From: Massilia eurypsychrophila
Lineage (GTDB): Bacteria; Pseudomonadota; Gammaproteobacteria; Burkholderiales; Burkholderiaceae_D
Length of the DNA: 24,000 nucleotides
Direction of reading: 5' to 3'
Assembly: GCF_002760655.1 (NCBI RefSeq)
Contig: NZ_PDOC01000003.1
Coordinates: forward strand, 200,840 to 224,839
This document shows, one piece after another, positions 22,301 to 24,000 of this stretch (positions within the stretch are counted from its first letter, which is position 1; each line of letters starts with the position of its first letter). The position numbers and the translations under genes were made by a program. A model generated the notes under the pieces. It ran no database searches and had not been told where the DNA came from. It saw nothing but the letters and a program-made list of their open reading frames with translations.

Positions 22301-22764
22301 TCTCCTCGAAGGTGCTCGACAAGAAGGGCGCGGCGCGCGGCGACAAACTGATCGGCGCCTGGCTGCGCCAGCTGGCCGCCGCCGCCGCCGGCCATCCGGT
22401 GACCGGCTACCTGGTCGCGCGCGACGCGATCGTCACGATGGCGCCGCTCGATACGGACCACTCGCGCGCGGTGCTGGCCGGCCTGGTTGCGCTGTGGCGC
22501 CAGAACCTCGACCAGCCCTTGCCGGTCGCCTGCAAGACGGCGCTGGCCTTGCTGCGCAATGGCGACGCGCGCGCCACCTACGACGGCAGCTTCGAGATCG
22601 GCGGCGAAGTGCAGGACCTGTGCCTGGCGCGCCTGTGGCCCGACTTTGCCGCCCTCACTGCTGGCGGCGCGTGGCTGCATACGGCGCAGTCGCTGTATGG
22701 CCCGCTGGCCGACTGGCTCGATGCGCACGTCGTCATCGCCCCGCTCGACAAGGAGCAGGCATGA
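19369..22764 (+). CDS. recC: Exodeoxyribonuclease V gamma subunit
   Basis: 1131 aa with a RecC-typical N-terminus (LLILHGNQLEQLRAALFGWL...ILVQSNGVAEWLKIALAEE). Length is appropriate. It sits immediately upstream of recB with an ATGA stop/start overlap. Confidence 0.92.
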   Translation: MASPVSPGLLILHGNQLEQLRAALFGWLRNHPLAPLESEIILVQSNGVAEWLKIALAEETGVCAATRVALPARFLWEAYRGMLGAERVPKRSPFDKAPLTWRLMRLLPALLSNDGFAPLRHFLGDGDPERRLQLAERLSDLFDQYQVYRADWLDDWAAGRDVLRNARGEAAPLPVEQLWQAQLWRAVNDSLPAQLRQSGRATIHSEFVHASENGALPAARLPRRVVVFGISALPYQTLQAVAALSRHCQVLLAVPNPCQFYWGDIIEGHELLKARHRRQQPRGGIDLSHVPIEDMHSHSHPLLASWGRQGRDFVRMLDEFDSAAEGRFENMRVDLFSEGEGDTLLGQVQAAVRDLLPLAEHARLAPDPSDRSIEFHVTHSVQREVEVLHDQLLSWFAAGDADGAPALRPRDVVVMVPDIDTFSAAIHAVFEQHKRSDARFIPFEIGDVKDRSVNPLLVALEWLLRLPQQRCRQSEVRDLLDVPALAARFGLEDEDLATLGQWIEGASVRWGLDQQHRDGLGLGSAGEQNAWIFGVRRMLLGYASGAGASFAGIEPYAEVGGLDAALAGSLAQLIETLLAWRASLAQSRTPTEWGEQARALLAAFFDGSAEGDRLTLAQLREALQNWLETCDNAEFAEPVPLAVLREAWLGALDEPTLNHQFVSGGVTFCSLMPMRAVPFRVVCLLGMNDGDFPRRARQADFDLLALPGMARPGDRSRRDDDRYLMLEALLAARDKLYVSWVGRNVRDNSEQPASVLVSQLRDYLKAGWQLDLDAMTTEHALQPFSRRYFEQGGLPTYAGEWRAAHAAAAAGDDAPLPPFELDGEYRLKLAELAKFLKQPARYFFQRRLGVWFADADALGQDEEPFSFNALERYLLEDSLLDDGGAPEALSEVRASLAARAERLGREGVLPIGLIGRKWEEQLIEGLVPVRTAWLTLGARFPEQAPKLPISLRFGGIELDDWIDKLRTSEVGAAWLMQISSKVLDKKGAARGDKLIGAWLRQLAAAAAGHPVTGYLVARDAIVTMAPLDTDHSRAVLAGLVALWRQNLDQPLPVACKTALALLRNGDARATYDGSFEIGGEVQDLCLARLWPDFAALTAGGAWLHTAQSLYGPLADWLDAHVVIAPLDKEQA

Positions 22765-24000
22765 GCGAACTGCTGAAACCCATCGATTTTCCGCTGCACG
22801 GCTCGCGCCTGATCGAGGCCAGTGCCGGCACCGGCAAGACCTGGACCATCGCCGCGCTGTACGTGCGCCTGGTGCTGGGGCACGGCGGCGAGAACGGCTT
22901 CGGCCGCGCGTTGATGCCGAACGAAATCCTGGTCATGACTTTCACCCGCGCCGCCACGCGCGAACTGTCGAACCGGGTGCGCGAGCGCCTGGTGGAGGCG
23001 GCCGCCTTCTTCCGCGCGGAGGAGCCGGGCAAGGATCCCTACCTGGCCGCGCTGGCGGCATCGTATCCCGGCCACGCCGAACGGCAGCAGGCGGCGCACC
23101 GCCTGATCATGGCCGCCGAGACGATGGACGAAGCGGCCATCTTCACCATCGACGCCTGGTGCCAGCGCATGCTGCGCGAGCACGCGTTCGACAGCGGCAG
23201 CCTGTTCGACGAGGAACTGGTCAGCGACGAACACGCGCTGTTCGAAGACGCGGCGCACGACTACTGGCGCCAGAACGTCTATCCGCTGAACAGCCGCGCG
23301 CTGGCCGCGCTGATGGCCTGCTGGCAGGATGTCGGGGTGCTGAAGCAATCGGTGCGCGAACTGGTGCGCCGCGTGCATCTGCTCGGCGCGGTGCAGGACG
23401 AGACGCTGGCTGGCCTGATCGCCCGCGTCGAACGGGCGCAGCTGGCCGAACTGGCGCGGCTGAAGGCCGGCTGGGCCGATCGCGCCAACCAGATGGAGCA
23501 GTGGATCGCCGGCCAGCGCGCGGTGGTGCCGAAGTGCTTCAACGGCAGCAAGCTGCGCGCCGATTCGCTCGTCAAGTGGTTCGACGCGCTGCGCGCGTGG
23601 GCCGACGATCCGGCGCTGGTGTTGCCGGCGATGACCGACACCGCGTGGCACCGGCTAACTCCGGACGGCATCACGGATGCATGCAGCAAGGACTTCAGCG
23701 TCGCCGCGCCCGAGTGCTTCGAGCACACTACCGAACTGTGGGAAGCGCTGAAGGCGATCGCGCCGCTGTCGCATGCGCTGTACAGCCACGCCGCGACCAG
23801 CATCGCGCAGCGCATGGCGGAGCTGAAAAAGCGCAGCCGCCAGTTCGGCTTTGCCGACATGCTGGACCGGCTGAAGGCCGCACTGGAGGGCGACAACGGC
23901 GAGCAGCTGCAAAAGCGCATCGCCGCGCAGTATCCGGTGGCGATGGTCGACGAATTTCAGGACACGTCACCCGACCAGTATGCGATTTTCAACCTGCTGT
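22761..24000 (+). CDS. recB: Exodeoxyribonuclease V beta subunit, 5' part (runs off the right edge)
   Basis: Absent from the ORF track because no stop lies in the window. My translation from ATG 22761 is MSELLKPIDFPLHGSRLIEASAGTGKTWTIAALYVRLVLGH (Walker A). The frame stays open to 24000, where VDEFQDTSPDQY (helicase motif II) is read. Confidence 0.92.
   Translation, partial: MSELLKPIDFPLHGSRLIEASAGTGKTWTIAALYVRLVLGHGGENGFGRALMPNEILVMTFTRAATRELSNRVRERLVEAAAFFRAEEPGKDPYLAALAASYPGHAERQQAAHRLIMAAETMDEAAIFTIDAWCQRMLREHAFDSGSLFDEELVSDEHALFEDAAHDYWRQNVYPLNSRALAALMACWQDVGVLKQSVRELVRRVHLLGAVQDETLAGLIARVERAQLAELARLKAGWADRANQMEQWIAGQRAVVPKCFNGSKLRADSLVKWFDALRAWADDPALVLPAMTDTAWHRLTPDGITDACSKDFSVAAPECFEHTTELWEALKAIAPLSHALYSHAATSIAQRMAELKKRSRQFGFADMLDRLKAALEGDNGEQLQKRIAAQYPVAMVDEFQDTSPDQYAIFNLL

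Noticed and set aside
22761-22764. ATGA stop/start overlap of recC and recB
   Set aside because: This is ordinary translational coupling in recBCD operons and is not noteworthy.

Overview
High-GC proteobacterial chromosomal window, apparently Burkholderiales-like (a guess from composition and protein flavour only). It is densely coding with no rRNA, tRNA, CRISPR, transposase or integrase that I can recognise. Genes from left to right: start of a signal-peptide ORF (-), a minimal PAAR protein (-), an HD-domain hydrolase (-), glpD (+), a YceI-like lipoprotein (-), a secreted M1 aminopeptidase N (-), a glutathione S-transferase (+). Next comes a three-gene minus-strand signalling cassette read 14740 to 6992: REC-GGDEF-EAL regulator, a 1634-aa soluble poly-HAMP/GAF hybrid histidine kinase with three receivers, and a divergent CheR-like protein. 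An AT-richer islet at about 14.6-16.3 kb carries a LasR-like AHL receptor (+) convergent with an RsaL-like repressor (-). It is followed by a CHASE-PAS-HK-REC-Hpt kinase (+), recC (+) and the 5' part of recB (+). Two points deserve a second look. (1) The kinase contains six tandem 276-bp (92-aa) di-HAMP repeats with a mosaic of near-identical DNA tracts between non-adjacent units, and it is coupled to a GGDEF-EAL regulator with a degenerate EAL and to a CheR-like protein with degenerate SAM motifs. No MCP, CheA, CheW or CheB is present. (2) The LasR/RsaL locus keeps a las-box-like and RsaL-box-like bidirectional promoter, but the position normally held by the AHL synthase is occupied by a CHASE sensor kinase. 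All long antisense ORFs in the track look like high-GC artefacts.
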